From positions 416,001 to 480,000 of the forward strand of contig CBDCRP010000003.1 of NCBI GenBank assembly GCA_965221165.1: DNA of 64,000 nucleotides, in the 5' to 3' direction. The position numbers were made by a program, and so were the translations under genes. This stretch comes from a bacterium. Lineage in GTDB: Bacteria > UBA8248. Positions 1-9,901 of the stretch are shown here, in pieces. How positions within the stretch are numbered: the stretch's first letter is position 1; every line of letters begins with the position of its first letter. The notes beneath the pieces were generated by a model. It did not search any database. It had not been told where the DNA came from and saw only the letters and a program-made list of their open reading frames with translations.

Positions 1-611
1 AGGGCATATCTTGCAGCCGACACATAGCGAAGACCGTCGGTCAGAAGCAATTTTAACAAGTGTTTTCTGCGCGCTCTGGCTTCCCCAGTTTTTCTTAAGC
101 GCAGAAGGGTCTCCCCCGCCCAGAAGAGAGCCGCCGCGCTCCAGAAGTGGAGTTTCGTACTTTTCACCAGTCCATCGAAAAGAGAGAGAGCCTCTATCGG
201 CGCGCCTTTTTGCAAATAGGCAAGCGCCGTATCGAATTGTTCACTCTCATCGATAAAATCACCCGGTGAACTACTTAAGAGTTGCACTAAGTCGAGGTCC
301 GGCTTTTTCTCAGGTGGAATCGGGCGCGGAGGCAAGCGAATGGACGGGATTTGCGGCTCCACAAAAACAACGGGAAGGCGGACGCCCAACCGCTTGGGCG
401 GTATGGGATGCACACGAGCAGCAATGATATGCTCGATGCTGGGCGATTCCACCACGACTTCGGGTAAGGAAATCGATAGCTGTTTCCCCTTACCAGCGCT
501 TCCACTTTTGGCCCACGCGATATTTTCACAACCTGAATATCCACAGAATATGGCCACCAAGCCGATGAGAAACCTAGACAGCAAATCATAATCGGGGAAT
601 CGCATTTTCAT
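1..611 (-). CDS. TPR-repeat envelope protein, partial (runs off window start)
   Basis: Hand-translated open frame from ATG at 611 (GAGGG upstream): MKMRFPDYDLLSRFLIGLVAIFCG..., Pro-rich segment, then TPR-like helices (FDTALAYLQKG..EALSLF; AAALFWAGETLLRL). Not in the ORF track because there is no stop in the window. Confidence 0.65.
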   Translation of the reverse strand, partial: MKMRFPDYDLLSRFLIGLVAIFCGYSGCENIAWAKSGSAGKGKQLSISLPEVVVESPSIEHIIAARVHPIPPKRLGVRLPVVFVEPQIPSIRLPPRPIPPEKKPDLDLVQLLSSSPGDFIDESEQFDTALAYLQKGAPIEALSLFDGLVKSTKLHFWSAAALFWAGETLLRLRKTGEARARRKHLLKLLLTDGLRYVSAARYA

Positions 612-619
612 CCCTCTTG

Positions 620-3283
620 TCATCGAAGCAGCGGCTCACGATTTTTCATTTTTCGCTCACGCTCTTTGAGCGAAACCAGATAGGCTTCAAGCTGGCGGAT
701 TCTTCCTTTCGCTTGCTTGATTTCTTCTGTCACATGGGCTGCAACATTTCCATTTTCAAGCGCCACAATGCTTTGATAATGACGAATAGCCTTCTCCCAT
801 TCTCGACGTGATTCACGAATCGCCGCCGCACGCCAAGTCGCCGAGCGCAGCCACTCCATATGCCCTTCTCCAGAGCGCATTAACGATTCAAAGAGTTCAA
901 GCGCCTTTGTCCTTTCGCCACTTCTCTCAAGCTGTGCTGCGATTTGAAATAACGCAGGCCCAGAAATATTCACATCTTTTGATTTTGAAGCGACTCGAAA
1001 GGCCGCCGACGCAGCTTCCGGCCTTTGTCTCCTCATTTCAAGCGAGCCAAGCCGAAAGGCCACCACAGCCGCCTTATGATTTCGGGGAAATTTGTTTAAA
1101 AAATCAGTATAGGCACGGACAGCTTTATCGATATCTCCCATATTCTCGAAAACTTCCCCCAGCCTCAATGCCACCTCGGCGTCATGAGGATCAAGAGCTA
1201 AAATATGGCGCAGCGCATCCGCCAACTCTCTTAAATTCTCTTCTTGAAGAAAACACGACGCACGAAGCCGGTATAAAGCCAACTTCTCATTTTTCGATGT
1301 GGTATTTTGCAACCCCCGCCCTGATATTTTCACTGCGCGCCCACAGTCTTTTCTCTCAAATAACACAAACGCCCACAGTCTAAGCCCTTCCCCAGGATTG
1401 GGCGGCGTTAGCGCATCCCAAGACGAAAAGGCCTCATCCGCACCCGGCCAGTCTCGTGCGCCGAATGAATTTCGCGCCAGGAAATACCAGATGGAGCGCC
1501 TCCTCGAAATGCTCACCTTCTCATCGCTCGCGAGAGGCAGGAGAAACGTCCGCGCTTTTTGAAAGTCTCCCTGCTCACGATACAAATTGCCGATTTTCAG
1601 GCGCGCCTCGCGCTTTAATTCTTCGGGAAGAAGGGACAGCACACCCTGAAAATGTTTCAATGCCTCTTTTTTATTTCCGCGTTTCTCCGCCAACTCACCC
1701 AAACGATACCTCGACCGAATGACGAGCTCAGGGCGTCTTTCGCCGGGAAGAACTTGTCGAAAATAAACTCCCGCTTCATCGAGTCGACCGGCACTCCATG
1801 CACATTCGGCTCTCAGGAAAGCCACTTCCGAGCGCAAAGGCTTGGGAATATATTCTCGGGGAACTATTTTCACCAAAGGAACGGATCGAGCGCAATCTTT
1901 TCGGGCATTATAGATAGACGCCGCCCGCAAAACGCCTTGATATACGGCTTGCATGATCTCGGGCTCGACATTTTTCCCCGCTTTCCGGAGTCGGTTGAAT
2001 GATCCCAATATCTGTTGATACCGCTTTAGAAGTTCTTCCGCATTTTGCTTCGTGTCTTTCTCCAACATGTCGGCCAAACGCAGCCCAGACCATATCGCCT
2101 CGCGTGTATTCGGCACGCGCCGAATGAGCTCGTGATATTGACTTACCGCCTCTTTTTTCAAACCCGCATCAAAAAGGCAATTCGCCATCTGGAGGCGAGA
2201 GGAAAAGGGAAGTGGTGCTCCTTTAGTGATAACATCAAGTGCAAAAACAAGATATTTTCTGCCTCTTTCGTTACAAGACCCCGCTCTTTGCACGCTTTGC
2301 AAGAAATACAAGAGATACGCACCGTCCTTGGCCGGATTGCGAATCAACCGTTGATAGACCGGTACGGCTTTCGCGTATTCTCCTACGCGCCACCAGGAGG
2401 ACGCCATGCCTCTCTCCGCCGTCATGCGCTGTGATTTTGAAAGCCTCATTCCCAAAACGGCTTCAAATGCCGCGCCCGCCTTCAAATATTTCTTTTGCGC
2501 GAATAAACTCGCGGCTTGCGCCAGTCTCAAGTCAGCCCGTTTTTTCTCTCCGGGATGTCCCTGAAATAAAGAGTCAAAAGTCTTTTCTGCCGAAGCGAAT
2601 TTTTTCAGTTCCAATTGTATTTTTGCGAGTCGCAATGAAAAAGCATGCACCCGCGGATTTTTAGGGAAACGGCGCACGACCAGCTTATAAGCCGCCTCGG
2701 CTTCCCTGATTCGCGGTATATGATCCAGGGCGATGGCGCGCTCGAAGAGGATATCTTCCACCCGTGGGTCTTTGGGTGCGGATTTAATGAATTCATCAAG
2801 CGCAACGACTGCACCTCGCCAATCACGCATCGCCAGCCGAAGCGCAGCAACCCTGTAGATACCCTCTATTCGGTAGCGTCTGGATTTCAGGGAAGAATAG
2901 GCGCGTATCGCCTTTTTTCTATTCCCGATCCTCTCTGCGAGCACTCCAATTCGAAATCGAACTTCATCGGCTCTTGCATTCCGGGGATATCGGCTCAAGA
3001 ATACCTGATACGCCGCAATCGCCTCCTTGGGTCGATTATCACGACGCAGCGCTTCAGCGAGCAGATAACGCACGATCGAAGCCTCGTCGCTTTTCCCCGC
3101 TGCCTTGAGGTAGGCCCTGAAGGCATCTATCGCAGGCTCAAAAAATCCGTCCCGGTAGGTATTCAATCCAAATTCGAGGTGGGACTGCGGGCTTTCTTTG
3201 AATTGGCCCTGAACCGTGGCAAATGGCGAGAATACAAACCCCAAAAGAACGAACACCACAACGGGGAAAAAGCTACGCCTCAT
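620..3283 (-). CDS. Large exported tetratricopeptide-repeat protein (887 aa)
   Basis: Signal-peptide-like N-terminus; many TPR units of CpoB/BamD type (AIAAYQVFLSRYPRN, AYKLVVRRFPKN, AYTDFLNKFPRN). Confidence 0.8.
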   Translation of the reverse strand: MRRSFFPVVVFVLLGFVFSPFATVQGQFKESPQSHLEFGLNTYRDGFFEPAIDAFRAYLKAAGKSDEASIVRYLLAEALRRDNRPKEAIAAYQVFLSRYPRNARADEVRFRIGVLAERIGNRKKAIRAYSSLKSRRYRIEGIYRVAALRLAMRDWRGAVVALDEFIKSAPKDPRVEDILFERAIALDHIPRIREAEAAYKLVVRRFPKNPRVHAFSLRLAKIQLELKKFASAEKTFDSLFQGHPGEKKRADLRLAQAASLFAQKKYLKAGAAFEAVLGMRLSKSQRMTAERGMASSWWRVGEYAKAVPVYQRLIRNPAKDGAYLLYFLQSVQRAGSCNERGRKYLVFALDVITKGAPLPFSSRLQMANCLFDAGLKKEAVSQYHELIRRVPNTREAIWSGLRLADMLEKDTKQNAEELLKRYQQILGSFNRLRKAGKNVEPEIMQAVYQGVLRAASIYNARKDCARSVPLVKIVPREYIPKPLRSEVAFLRAECAWSAGRLDEAGVYFRQVLPGERRPELVIRSRYRLGELAEKRGNKKEALKHFQGVLSLLPEELKREARLKIGNLYREQGDFQKARTFLLPLASDEKVSISRRRSIWYFLARNSFGARDWPGADEAFSSWDALTPPNPGEGLRLWAFVLFERKDCGRAVKISGRGLQNTTSKNEKLALYRLRASCFLQEENLRELADALRHILALDPHDAEVALRLGEVFENMGDIDKAVRAYTDFLNKFPRNHKAAVVAFRLGSLEMRRQRPEAASAAFRVASKSKDVNISGPALFQIAAQLERSGERTKALELFESLMRSGEGHMEWLRSATWRAAAIRESRREWEKAIRHYQSIVALENGNVAAHVTEEIKQAKGRIRQLEAYLVSLKERERKMKNREPLLR

Positions 3284-4127
3284 CCTCAGGCTCCAATGAG
3301 ATGTTGTCGATCAGTCTGGTCTCACCGATATGGGCCGCAATGGCCATTCGGGCAGCGCCGTTGATTTTTTCTACTTTTTCGAGTGTCGCAGGGTCCACGA
3401 TTTCCACGTAATCGACCTTCGACCCGGCTTTTTCCAACTCATCCATGCAAGCTTTGATGATAGTGGAGCAAAGCCTCTCACCGCTCGCCACCATCTTTTT
3501 CGCATGGAATAAAGCGCGGCTAATGGAACGCGCACGCAATCGCTCCTCATCCGATAAATAAGCGTTTCTACTACTCAAAGCCATGCCATCGTCTTCGCGG
3601 ACTATCGGGCAAGGAATAATCTCGACTCCGATATTCAAGTCATGCGCCATACGCTCGATTAAAACGAGTTGTTGATAATCTTTTTCTCCAAAATAAGCCC
3701 GATGCGGAAGACACGCGGAGAACAGCTTGAGTACGACCGTGGCCACCCCCTGGAAATGCCCCGCTCGATGACCTCCGCAAAGAGACGCTCCCAAGCCCGG
3801 CACGTCTACCCATGTGTCATATCCGCCAGGGTACATGGAATCGGCTTTCGGCGCATAGACGGAACAAACGCCCATCTCCCGGCAAACTTGCAGATCCGCC
3901 TCGAAAGTTCGCGGGTAGGTATTATAGTCCTCACCGGTAGAGAATTGGGCCGGATTCACAAAAATGCTCACGACGACGGCGCTACACTCATCCATTGCCC
4001 GAGCGATCAGGCTTCCGTGCCCCTCATGCAGCGCTCCCATCGTCGGAACCAACCCGAGCGGCGCACGGTCTCGCCTGAGAGCTTCGGCCAATTCACGCAT
4101 TTCTTGAGGCGTATCGACAACTTTCAT
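3273..4127 (-). CDS. panC: Pantoate--beta-alanine ligase
   Basis: VPTMGALHEGH, SIFVNPAQF, FGEKDYQQ, GMALSSRN, TRLIDN; start placed at MKVVDT (4127). Confidence 0.96.
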   Translation of the reverse strand: MKVVDTPQEMRELAEALRRDRAPLGLVPTMGALHEGHGSLIARAMDECSAVVVSIFVNPAQFSTGEDYNTYPRTFEADLQVCREMGVCSVYAPKADSMYPGGYDTWVDVPGLGASLCGGHRAGHFQGVATVVLKLFSACLPHRAYFGEKDYQQLVLIERMAHDLNIGVEIIPCPIVREDDGMALSSRNAYLSDEERLRARSISRALFHAKKMVASGERLCSTIIKACMDELEKAGSKVDYVEIVDPATLEKVEKINGAARMAIAAHIGETRLIDNISLEPEDEA

Positions 4128-4254
4128 GCGAAATCTCTGGGAAAATGAACAACAGACACCAGAGCGGGCGACGGTAGGGTATCTTCTCAAATATCCAGAG
4201 GGAAAAACAAGGTGGAATATACAAGGTCTCGCCTGGGCCATGATGGCGAAGACC

Positions 4255-4764
4255 TTATTTTTCTTGTTGTTGCAATTTCTCGACCCAGGTACCTCCTGCG
4301 GGAAGAGCGGCCAGTAAATCGGAAGCAGACTTTTTTAGGACAGGGTGAATGATGTCGGGCGCCAGTTCGGCCAAAGGAGTCAGCACAAAGCGCCTCTCAT
4401 GCAAGCGGGGATGCGGCACTTCCAAGCCCTGCTCGCTGATAACCATATCGTCATAGAAGAGCAAATCCAGATCGATTACCCGGGGTCCCCACCGTTCCCT
4501 TCTTACGCGCCCCATTTTCTGTTCAATACGCAAAAGGAGAACAAGCAGGTCCTGGGGACTCATCCCACATTCGAGCGCAAAAACGGCGTTGATAAAGGGA
4601 GGTTGCGCAATAGGCCCTACGGGCTGCGTACGATAAAGAGACGAGGCGGCGAGAAACTTCACCCCCGGGCTTTTCTTCAACTCATCCAGCGCCTGCCTAA
4701 TCTGACGAATCGGCTCACCCAGGTTGGCGCCTGCGCCGATAAAAGCGCGCGCCTTGCGGCTCAA
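4255..4764 (-). CDS. folK: 2-amino-4-hydroxy-6-hydroxymethyldihydropteridine diphosphokinase
   Basis: [32 protein letters not shown]; TTG start overlapping the dapL TGA. Confidence 0.93.
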   Translation of the reverse strand: MSRKARAFIGAGANLGEPIRQIRQALDELKKSPGVKFLAASSLYRTQPVGPIAQPPFINAVFALECGMSPQDLLVLLLRIEQKMGRVRRERWGPRVIDLDLLFYDDMVISEQGLEVPHPRLHERRFVLTPLAELAPDIIHPVLKKSASDLLAALPAGGTWVEKLQQQEK

Positions 4765-5936
4765 AACCCAGCCTTCTCGATTCTCTCGAGCGCTTCTTTT
4801 AGCCTGTCTTCCGGAACCGTCAGGGCGAAACGAATATATCCCTCGCCGGAGGGGCCAAAACCGTTCCCCGGCGTCGTGACGACACCGCAATTTCTGAGAA
4901 TATGTGCCGTAAACTCACTCGACGTGAAGCCGTCCGGGCATTTCACCCAGACATAGAACGTGGCTTTCGGCGTTGCCGCCTCCAGCCCGATTTTCTTCAA
5001 GCCGTCAATTATTACGTCTCGCCTGCCCTGGTAAATCTTGCGCATTTCGGCCACACAGCTCTGGTCCGCGCTCATCGCCTTGATGCCCGCTTCCTGCACC
5101 GCACCGAATACGCCTGAATCCACATTCGTCTTGACGGCGCCCAGGCCGGCGAGAGCTTCCGCGTTCCCCACTGCGCACGCGATGCGCCAGCCGGTCATGT
5201 TGTAGGTCTTAGAACACGAGTGGAACTCGACGCCCACGTCCTTGGCGCCCTCCGCGTTCAGGAAGCTGATGGGCTCGTAGCCGTCAAAAGCCATCTCGGA
5301 ATAGGCGTTATCGCTGCACACGATGATGTCATACGTGCGGGCGAACTCTACGAGTTCATTGTAGAAATCCACTTCCGCGCAGGCGGCGGTGGGATTGTTC
5401 GGGTAGTTGATGAACATGAGTTTCGTGTTTTTCGCCACGTCGGAGGGAATCGCGCCCAGGTCCGGCAGAAAGTCATTTTCCGCGGTAAGCGGCATGAAGT
5501 GCGCTTTCCCGTCTGCGAAATACGTGCCGATTTCATAGACGGGATAGGCCGGATCCGGCACGAGCACGTAGTCGCCGGGGTCCACGAACGCCAGGGGGAT
5601 ATGGGCGATACCCTCTTTCGAGCCGATCAGGGAGATCACCTCGGAAGCCGGATCGAGAGAAACCCCGAATCGTGACCCATACCAGTCCGCGCAGGCCTTG
5701 CGGTAGGAAGGCATGCCCTCATAGGAGGGATACTGGTGATTCGAGGGTTTTCGGGAAGACGCGCCCAATTCTTCGATGATGTGAGCGGGAGTCGGCAAAT
5801 CCGGGTCGCCAATGCCCAGGCTGATGATGTCCATTCCCGAATCGGCGACTTCCGCCTTCATCCGGTCGATTTCCGCGAAGAGATAGGGAGGCAAGCGCTT
5901 CAAGCGGTGCGCGCGTTCGATATTGATTGACGCCAT
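4761..5936 (-). CDS. dapL: LL-diaminopimelate aminotransferase
   Basis: [36 protein letters not shown] class I PLP motifs; dapB/dapF/lysA nearby. Confidence 0.88.
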   Translation of the reverse strand: MASINIERAHRLKRLPPYLFAEIDRMKAEVADSGMDIISLGIGDPDLPTPAHIIEELGASSRKPSNHQYPSYEGMPSYRKACADWYGSRFGVSLDPASEVISLIGSKEGIAHIPLAFVDPGDYVLVPDPAYPVYEIGTYFADGKAHFMPLTAENDFLPDLGAIPSDVAKNTKLMFINYPNNPTAACAEVDFYNELVEFARTYDIIVCSDNAYSEMAFDGYEPISFLNAEGAKDVGVEFHSCSKTYNMTGWRIACAVGNAEALAGLGAVKTNVDSGVFGAVQEAGIKAMSADQSCVAEMRKIYQGRRDVIIDGLKKIGLEAATPKATFYVWVKCPDGFTSSEFTAHILRNCGVVTTPGNGFGPSGEGYIRFALTVPEDRLKEALERIEKAGF

Positions 5937-6189
5937 GAAATTCCTCAAGAGTAGTGTTTGATAGAAAAAGGCATGCCCGTTAAGGACTAAGTTTCAGCAA
6001 TTTACATGGTTATCCTGATGCAGTTTCTCGCAAGATGCGAGATTGCCGCGTTCCATGAGCCGGAAACCTAGCACGGCTGGAAAAACACGGCAAGGTTTGG
6101 GGGTGGATGGGGGATGGCGGGGGGAGTTGGTATCGAATGCGGTGGATGTGCCGAATGCAAGAAGGCGGGGTATTCCTACTGAAATAGGA

Positions 6190-6218
6190 TTGTCGACAGC
6201 CCGGTGATTTGATAAAAT
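6190..6218 (+). promoter_or_regulatory. Candidate sigma70 promoter upstream of the Cys-rich gene
   Basis: TTGTCG-N17-TAAAAT. Confidence 0.35.
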
Positions 6219-6476
6219 ATTCTATACGACATAAGCACAATGATACGAACTCGACAAACAGTTGAGCAACAACGAACGGCGGACTATTCCATAGATCGTG
6301 GGAGCGGAGTTGCAGGCCTTTCTATATGAACGAGAGTGACGCTCGTGGGGGCGTGCTCGCCGATGTGAAGTTCATCAATGGGGTGGACGAGAAGGAGACA
6401 GGCAGAGAGGTTACATGGTTCAGGATGCCCATATAATCATATGTCTGTTTTTCTAAACATGTGGAGGAACAAGGTA

Positions 6477-6842
6477 ATGAAAAAAGCCATAAGTTGTGGA
6501 TTACATCCACGCCGCTACATAGTGTTTCTATGTTTGAGTTTGGTTTTGTTCTTAGCTATGGCTTGGAGTGGCTCGGCTCTTGCCAGTTGTAGAGCACAAC
6601 TTAACCAGATGCGCATACAACAGATGGGGTCGTGTTCGGCCCAAATGATGAGCGGGATAAGTTCATGCACACGGTATCAATTTATAGAAAAACCATGTGC
6701 GATACCTGCCGCTATAAGATGTGGCACTTATGGAAATGTCACAAACTATGATTGCGTTAATCACTATCGAACAGTTGGCACAGAATGTAAACAACAGGTA
6801 GAGTCGTGGTATCGGGTTCAGTGGAGTCAGTGCAGAAATTAA
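6477..6842 (+). CDS. Secreted small cysteine-rich protein, unknown function (121 aa)
   Basis: GGAGG RBS before ATG 6477; signal peptide ending SALA; mature part has 8 Cys; DNA is AT-richer than flanks. Confidence 0.7.
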   Translation: MKKAISCGLHPRRYIVFLCLSLVLFLAMAWSGSALASCRAQLNQMRIQQMGSCSAQMMSGISSCTRYQFIEKPCAIPAAIRCGTYGNVTNYDCVNHYRTVGTECKQQVESWYRVQWSQCRN

Positions 6843-7214
6843 CTTGTATTTTGGGGAGCGGAACATTAGGGCGTAGTAGTTCAAACTTGTAATGCAAGCA
6901 AAAGCTATAGGTGTAAAGGTAACTGGGGGTATAGTTTCTGTAAACGTTGCTGTATTAACTGCTTTGAAGACGCCGCACTCCTTCTGAGATGTACTTTCGA
7001 CGAGCTTAATTTCAGCAATCTAGAAGACGCGCAGCCCCAATGCACCGACATTCGTCCGTCCCCGCCATCACCCGCTCCAAAGCCCAAAACTGCGCCATAA
7101 TCCTCCCGCAGATTGTGTTTCCCCGAAAAAAAGTGCTAACATCCCCGCGTTAAAGAGCACCCCGATGAGGTGTGAAACCATATTGCCCGAACTCTGCTGG
7201 AGGAGCGCATTCCG

Positions 7215-8177
7215 ATGACCTACGTCATCGCGGAACCATGTATCGGCACAAAAGATACCGCATGCGTAGACGTATGCCCGGTCGACTGCATTCATGAAGC
7301 GACGGACGGCACGAGCCCCATGCTGTATATCGACCCCGTCGAATGTATCGACTGCGCGGCCTGTGTTCCGGCCTGTCCGGTGGAAGCCATTTTCGCAGAA
7401 AGCGACCTGCCCTCCCAGTGGAACAAATATACCCAGATAAATGCGGATTTCTTCGCAGGCGATGGTGCTGCCGCGCCCGCGGCGGCTGGCACTGGAGTAG
7501 CCGCCACACCAGTAAAGAAGAAAGCCGAGCCTGAACCCGAGCCGTTGCCCGAGCCCTTGGAGCTCACGGCGGAGGAAATGTATAAGCAACTCTCTGAAAT
7601 CAGGGAGGACGTGGCCACCAACCGGGGCAAAGTGGAAGACGGGAAAATAATGAAAAGATCCCCCAGCCTTATTTTCCTGGCTGCGGCGGTGATATTGCTC
7701 GTGGTTTACGGCATCTCGAACAATTTCTCGAAATCCGTCAACACCAGCCTGTACGGAAAACTGAGCGCTTTTGCGTTGGGGGACAAGAAACCGACGCTTT
7801 CGGGCAGCGTTTACACCGTCAACCAAATGATTGGAGGCAAGGAATATACGCTCCTGGTATCCGATTCGATACTCGGCGGACGGACCTTGCGGCTCCAGGC
7901 GCCGACCGGCCCGATTCAGAAGATATACCACAAGGATGAGAAATTCTTCTCGGACGTCTCGAATCAATACAGCCGTTACTACTATATGTTCGTTGACGAC
8001 AAGAGCGACGGAATAGTCGATTCCATTCTCCAGGTCCGGGAAATCTGGAGCAAGGAAAATCGTTTCCTGGGCCGGTACCACAACCCGATTGCGCCGAATC
8101 CCGAGTTACAAGCATCCTACCAGGAGGCGGCGAAAACACTCGCGAAACAATTCGGGATCGCCACATCGGGCGCCTAG
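7215..8177 (+). CDS. 7Fe-type ferredoxin fused to linker, transmembrane helix and unknown C-terminal domain
   Basis: GGAGGAG RBS; MTYVIAEPCIGTKDTACVDVCPVDCI...CIDCAACVPACP (FdxA-like); Ala/Pro-Glu linker; hydrophobic SLIFLAAAVILLVVYGI; about 150 aa soluble tail. Confidence 0.85.
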   Translation: MTYVIAEPCIGTKDTACVDVCPVDCIHEATDGTSPMLYIDPVECIDCAACVPACPVEAIFAESDLPSQWNKYTQINADFFAGDGAAAPAAAGTGVAATPVKKKAEPEPEPLPEPLELTAEEMYKQLSEIREDVATNRGKVEDGKIMKRSPSLIFLAAAVILLVVYGISNNFSKSVNTSLYGKLSAFALGDKKPTLSGSVYTVNQMIGGKEYTLLVSDSILGGRTLRLQAPTGPIQKIYHKDEKFFSDVSNQYSRYYYMFVDDKSDGIVDSILQVREIWSKENRFLGRYHNPIAPNPELQASYQEAAKTLAKQFGIATSGA

Positions 8178-8357
8178 CGCAGGGATAAGCCTCACCGTAT
8201 CAAGTTATTAAAAATTGGACTTATATACACGCCTCGACACTGGGATTCCGTGCTCTGGATGAGAAAGGGAATGACCTTCGCTTTTGCTCACGGTAATTTC
8301 GCCGAGGGCGGTGGGCTGAGGAAAAAGAAGTCTTTAACTGAAGTATATAATTCCCTA

Positions 8358-8879
8358 TCAAAAATCAACCTTGTCCGCCTCGTCGGTCTCCGGGAATGGG
8401 CCTTCCTTGATCTCGATGGCCTTCGTTCCCGCTTCGAGAAATTCGATGCGGTGCCCCTCGTACATGAGGATCAAATCGCCGGGGTCTAAATCCACGTCGC
8501 CCGCATGCTCCCCTTCTTTGGCGTACACCCCGACTCGCATACGGCCTGAGCGGCATATCATGATCTGATGGCGCGTCGTGTTCGTGGGGCGTTCGGTCAC
8601 CTCGTGGTAGTGCGGGTTCACAACGGCCCCGGGGTTTCTGTTCAACATGACGATTTGTAGCGGGTTTTCATCCGGCGTCATATGCGCCTTCGTTCTTCTC
8701 TCCGTTTCCGGGTCGGCGCCCGAGTAGGCTTCCGCCAGATGGGCGCGCTCTTCTTCTGAGTCCAGAAAGGGAGGGAAAGCCGCATAATCGTCAAAATGAT
8801 TTCTGATGACCAGCGCCAGCGTCCTCCCGTCCGCAGCCTTCACGTATTCGACGCCGGCCGCCTCGATTTCTTGAGCCAT
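8358..8879 (-). CDS. Cupin-fold hypothetical protein
   Basis: VNPHYH...HQIMICRSG...LDPGDLIL..GHRIEFLE...EIKEGP cupin-like pattern; GGAGA RBS. Confidence 0.65.
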   Translation of the reverse strand: MAQEIEAAGVEYVKAADGRTLALVIRNHFDDYAAFPPFLDSEEERAHLAEAYSGADPETERRTKAHMTPDENPLQIVMLNRNPGAVVNPHYHEVTERPTNTTRHQIMICRSGRMRVGVYAKEGEHAGDVDLDPGDLILMYEGHRIEFLEAGTKAIEIKEGPFPETDEADKVDF

Positions 8880-8932
8880 CAGCTATCTCCTCACGATGTC
8901 ATGGACACATAGATTATAAGTAATGAAATTTC

Positions 8933-9730
8933 TTAAAGCCCCAGCACATCCGCCATGCCGTATACGCCGGGGGATTTCTTGGCCACCCACCGGACTGCGC
9001 GAATCGCGCCTGCCGCGAAATTATCCCGGCTGCCCGCCCTGTGCGTGATTTCCACCCGCTCGCCCATCCCGAAGAAATAGACCGTGTGCTCACCCGGCAC
9101 GTCGCCGCCGCGCAGCGTCTGCATGCCGATAACGCCCTCGGGGCGTATTCCGGTTTGGCCTTCGCGGTGAAAAACCGCGTCCCGGGGATATTTCTTGCCC
9201 ATCACACGGGCGAGAATCTCACCCATGCGCACCGCCGTTCCCGAGGGAGCGTCCACCTTCTGGTTATGATGAACTTCCATCACCTCGACGTCGTAAGCCT
9301 CGCCCAGGAGCCTGGCCGCTTCTTCTATCAGCCGAAAGGTGACGTTCACCCCTACGCTCATATTCGGCGCAACGACGCAGGCGATTTTTTCGCCTAGACC
9401 TGCGATTTCCTCGCGCTGCGCATCGCTGAAACCCGTGGTGCCGACGACGGCCGCCATTCCTTTTTCAGCCGCCAGCCGCACGTGGGCGACGCTCGCCTCC
9501 GGAATCGCAAAGGAGACCAACACGTCGCCACTCAATGAAGATGAATCTGAAGTAAGGCCGACGCCCAACTCCCCGCAACCGGCGTGCCCGCCCGCATCTC
9601 CTCCCAATCCCTCAAATCCCTCACGCTCGAGCGCACCCGAGAGGGAGAGGTCACTCGATGAGACGATTTGGTGGATGATGCGGCCACCCATCCTCCCGCC
9701 GGCTCCGGCCACAACGATTCGTATCGACAC
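8933..9730 (-). CDS. dapB: 4-hydroxy-tetrahydrodipicolinate reductase
   Basis: GAGGRMG, VGTTG, APNMSVG, EVHHNQKVDAPSGTA; GTG start at 9730. Confidence 0.96.
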   Translation of the reverse strand: MSIRIVVAGAGGRMGGRIIHQIVSSSDLSLSGALEREGFEGLGGDAGGHAGCGELGVGLTSDSSSLSGDVLVSFAIPEASVAHVRLAAEKGMAAVVGTTGFSDAQREEIAGLGEKIACVVAPNMSVGVNVTFRLIEEAARLLGEAYDVEVMEVHHNQKVDAPSGTAVRMGEILARVMGKKYPRDAVFHREGQTGIRPEGVIGMQTLRGGDVPGEHTVYFFGMGERVEITHRAGSRDNFAAGAIRAVRWVAKKSPGVYGMADVLGL

Positions 9731-9810
9731 GGGATTCCCTTTCCAAGGTATAAGAAAAATCAACAAGTTATTGATTCTAAAGCACATTATACTTGTTTTG
9801 GCTCAAAGTG

Positions 9811-9838
9811 GGAACCTGCCGGCGTCATAACGGGTGTA
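9811..9838 (+). promoter_or_regulatory. Possible autoregulated ECF-sigma promoter
   Basis: GGAACC-N17-GTGTA upstream of the ECF sigma gene; resembles the GGAAC -35 of RpoE-type promoters. Confidence 0.3.
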
Positions 9839-9901
9839 GGAAGAGAAAATGTGAGAATATCTATTCTCGGCCCGTTTATTTTATACTACAAGGCGACTAA
9901 G

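Noticed and set aside
7068-8081. 337-aa minus-strand ORF
   Set aside because: Antisense shadow of the ferredoxin fusion gene.
8201-9780. CAAGTTATT motif at about 8201 and 9764
   Set aside because: Too short and AT-rich to distinguish from chance; no associated recombinase.
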